This document shows, piece by piece, positions 35,598 to 36,686 of a stretch of 36,686 nt of DNA; within the stretch, counting starts at the first letter, position 1, and every line of letters begins with the position of its first letter. The position numbers and the translations under genes are program-made. Below the pieces are notes generated by a model that was not told the origin of the DNA, made no database searches, and saw only the letters and a list, made by a program, of their open reading frames with translations. This stretch comes from Anaerolineales bacterium. GTDB taxonomy: Bacteria; Chloroflexota; Anaerolineae; Anaerolineales; Villigracilaceae. The stretch covers positions 1 through 36,686 of the forward strand of contig JBJKRF010000136.1 in NCBI GenBank assembly GCA_046704785.1, given 5' to 3'.

Positions 35598-36443
35598 ATG
35601 TCCAAACGAATCTTTTTGGCGCTGTGGGTTGGCGTTCTGGCTTTGAGCGCCTGCAACATCCGCGTTCCCCCCGTGAAGACACCCGGCCCGGATGTGATCA
35701 CTAAAATCTCGATTGATTCGCCCAAAGCAGATGCCGCAAATTTGAAACTGGCATTCGGCACGGGCGAGTTGACGGTGCTCCCTGCTGCACAGAGTCAACT
35801 GGTGACCGGGACGGCAACGTACAATGTTCCCGACCTGAAACCGGTCATCACGTCTGACAGCGCAAATGTGAGCTTGAAAGAAGGCGATTATACGTTGGGC
35901 AGTGCGCCGGTCTTGAGCGGCGTCAAGAACCAATGGAATCTGAATCTGGGTAACACGCCGTTGAATTTGAGCGTGGAGGCGGGCGCGTACAAAGGCAACT
36001 TTGATTTCGGCGGACTTTCCCTGTTGAACCTATCCGTTAGCGACGGGGCAGCGCAGACGACAGTAGATTTCTCGACGCCGAACAAAACCCGTATGAGCGT
36101 GTTTTCCTACAAGACTGGCGCCTCGAACGTTACCCTGAAAGACCTGGCAAACGCCAACGCGGCCACAATCGTTTTCGAGAGTGGCGCCGGCAACTATAAG
36201 TTGGATTTCGGCGGCACGTTGCAAGACGACACCAGCGCGACCATCCGGACCGGCCTGAGCAATCTGACCTTGATCATCCCGAAAGGGTTGGCCGCTACCG
36301 TGAACGTGTCCAACGGCCTTTCCAACGTTCAGTTCCCTGATGGATGGGCCCAGAACAATGACACCTATACCCAAGAGGGAAGTGGCCCACAATTGACCAT
36401 CGTCGTCGAAATGGGCGCAGGTAATTTGCAGGTCACCCAGTAA
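35598..36443 (+). CDS. Lipoprotein, hypothetical (beta-rich, Asn/Thr/Gly-rich)
   Basis: Lipobox LALSAC after ATG 35598, with CTGGAGG RBS 9 nt upstream. A repetitive beta-strand-like sequence follows. Supplied ORF 35541 starts at GTG. Confidence 0.6.
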   Translation: MSKRIFLALWVGVLALSACNIRVPPVKTPGPDVITKISIDSPKADAANLKLAFGTGELTVLPAAQSQLVTGTATYNVPDLKPVITSDSANVSLKEGDYTLGSAPVLSGVKNQWNLNLGNTPLNLSVEAGAYKGNFDFGGLSLLNLSVSDGAAQTTVDFSTPNKTRMSVFSYKTGASNVTLKDLANANAATIVFESGAGNYKLDFGGTLQDDTSATIRTGLSNLTLIIPKGLAATVNVSNGLSNVQFPDGWAQNNDTYTQEGSGPQLTIVVEMGAGNLQVTQ

Positions 36444-36530
36444 ACTGGCAAGAACAACCACGCCGACAGAGCATTGATCATAAAAATGCCTGTCGGCGTA
36501 ACCCTAACTCGGACGAGCCGAAACCAAAAA

Positions 36531-36615
36531 GGGAAAGTCGCACAAGGGGTGACACCGCAGGGCGGTGAGAAACGGGATCAGCGCGAGGCTGTTCCAACGG
36601 CGACTTTCCCTGCGG
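36531..36615 (+). other. Candidate structured RNA element with two overlapping long-range helices
   Basis: GGGAAAGTCGC (36531-36541) pairs with GCGACTTTCCC (36600-36610). CCGCAGGG (36555-36562) pairs with CCCTGCGG (36608-36615). The two 3' arms overlap, so the helices are mutually exclusive. A small hairpin GCCGACAG...CTGTCGGC precedes at 36463-36498. Confidence 0.25.
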
Positions 36616-36647
36616 GTGATTGTAGCACGGCGAACAGGCTTTGGCAT

Positions 36648-36677
36648 TTGGAATATTCTGCGAATTGTGGTTAGATT
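36648..36677 (+). promoter_or_regulatory. Possible promoter TTGGAA-17-TTAGAT (or 18-TAGATT) reading out of the window
   Basis: -35 at 36648-36653. It would drive a downstream gene, which in this conserved block is usually rpsO. That gene is not visible here. Confidence 0.3.
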
Positions 36678-36686
36678 GCTCAACCC

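Overview
This is a high-GC (about 60%) bacterial chromosomal segment with about 35 credible protein-coding genes. I found no rRNA or tRNA genes, no CRISPR array and no transposase or integrase. Several supplied ORFs begin at TTG or GTG; where an in-frame ATG with a Shine-Dalgarno sequence lies just downstream, I re-called the start there.

Gene content, left to right:
- 219-4228: a copper-handling cluster. It holds a YcnI-like His-brace protein, a YcnJ-like CopC-CopD fusion carrying extra YtkA-like and c-type cytochrome (CxxCH) domains, and a TolB-like beta-propeller lipoprotein.
- 4370-9864: a GNAT (BioF2/CelD-like) acyltransferase, a membrane-anchored Pro/Thr-linker protein, an AroM-like protein, a coupled MobA-like NTP-transferase/PAP2 phosphatase pair, and a UPF0173 metallo-beta-lactamase-fold hydrolase.
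- 10222-14273: a CASTOR/POLLUX-like RCK ion channel followed by a flotillin/SPFH protein.
- 14472-16676: a single-gene KAP-family P-loop NTPase fused to a C-terminal FGE-sulfatase (SUMF1)-like domain that appears to lack one catalytic cysteine. This is the most unusual locus in the window.
- 16691-19792, minus strand: a convergent operon of a class-E-like sortase, a small tail-anchored membrane protein, a TRAM/RlmD-type RNA uracil-methyltransferase, and a Cys-rich tandem-module protein whose start overlaps the methyltransferase stop (ATGA).
- 20214-27763: a tiny, strongly signalled 63-aa gene in an AT-rich spacer, polyphosphate glucokinase, two DinB-family proteins (one fused to a HicB-like domain), an aldo/keto reductase, an SDR epimerase, a PIG-L deacetylase, a polyprenol-kinase-like protein and azlCD.
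- 27942-35454: the conserved nusA-ylxR-infB-rbfA-nrnA-truB-ribF block.

Non-coding signals include several Rho-independent terminators, near-consensus sigma70-type promoters, a family of G-rich GT/AC-type extragenic palindromes, a perfect 18-bp-armed palindrome between convergent genes, and a structured region at the 3' end of the window. Phylum cannot be fixed from this window alone. The mix of leaderless-looking promoters, a class-E sortase, FGE-fusion proteins and a CASTOR-like channel resembles Chloroflexota- or Actinobacteria-like genomes.
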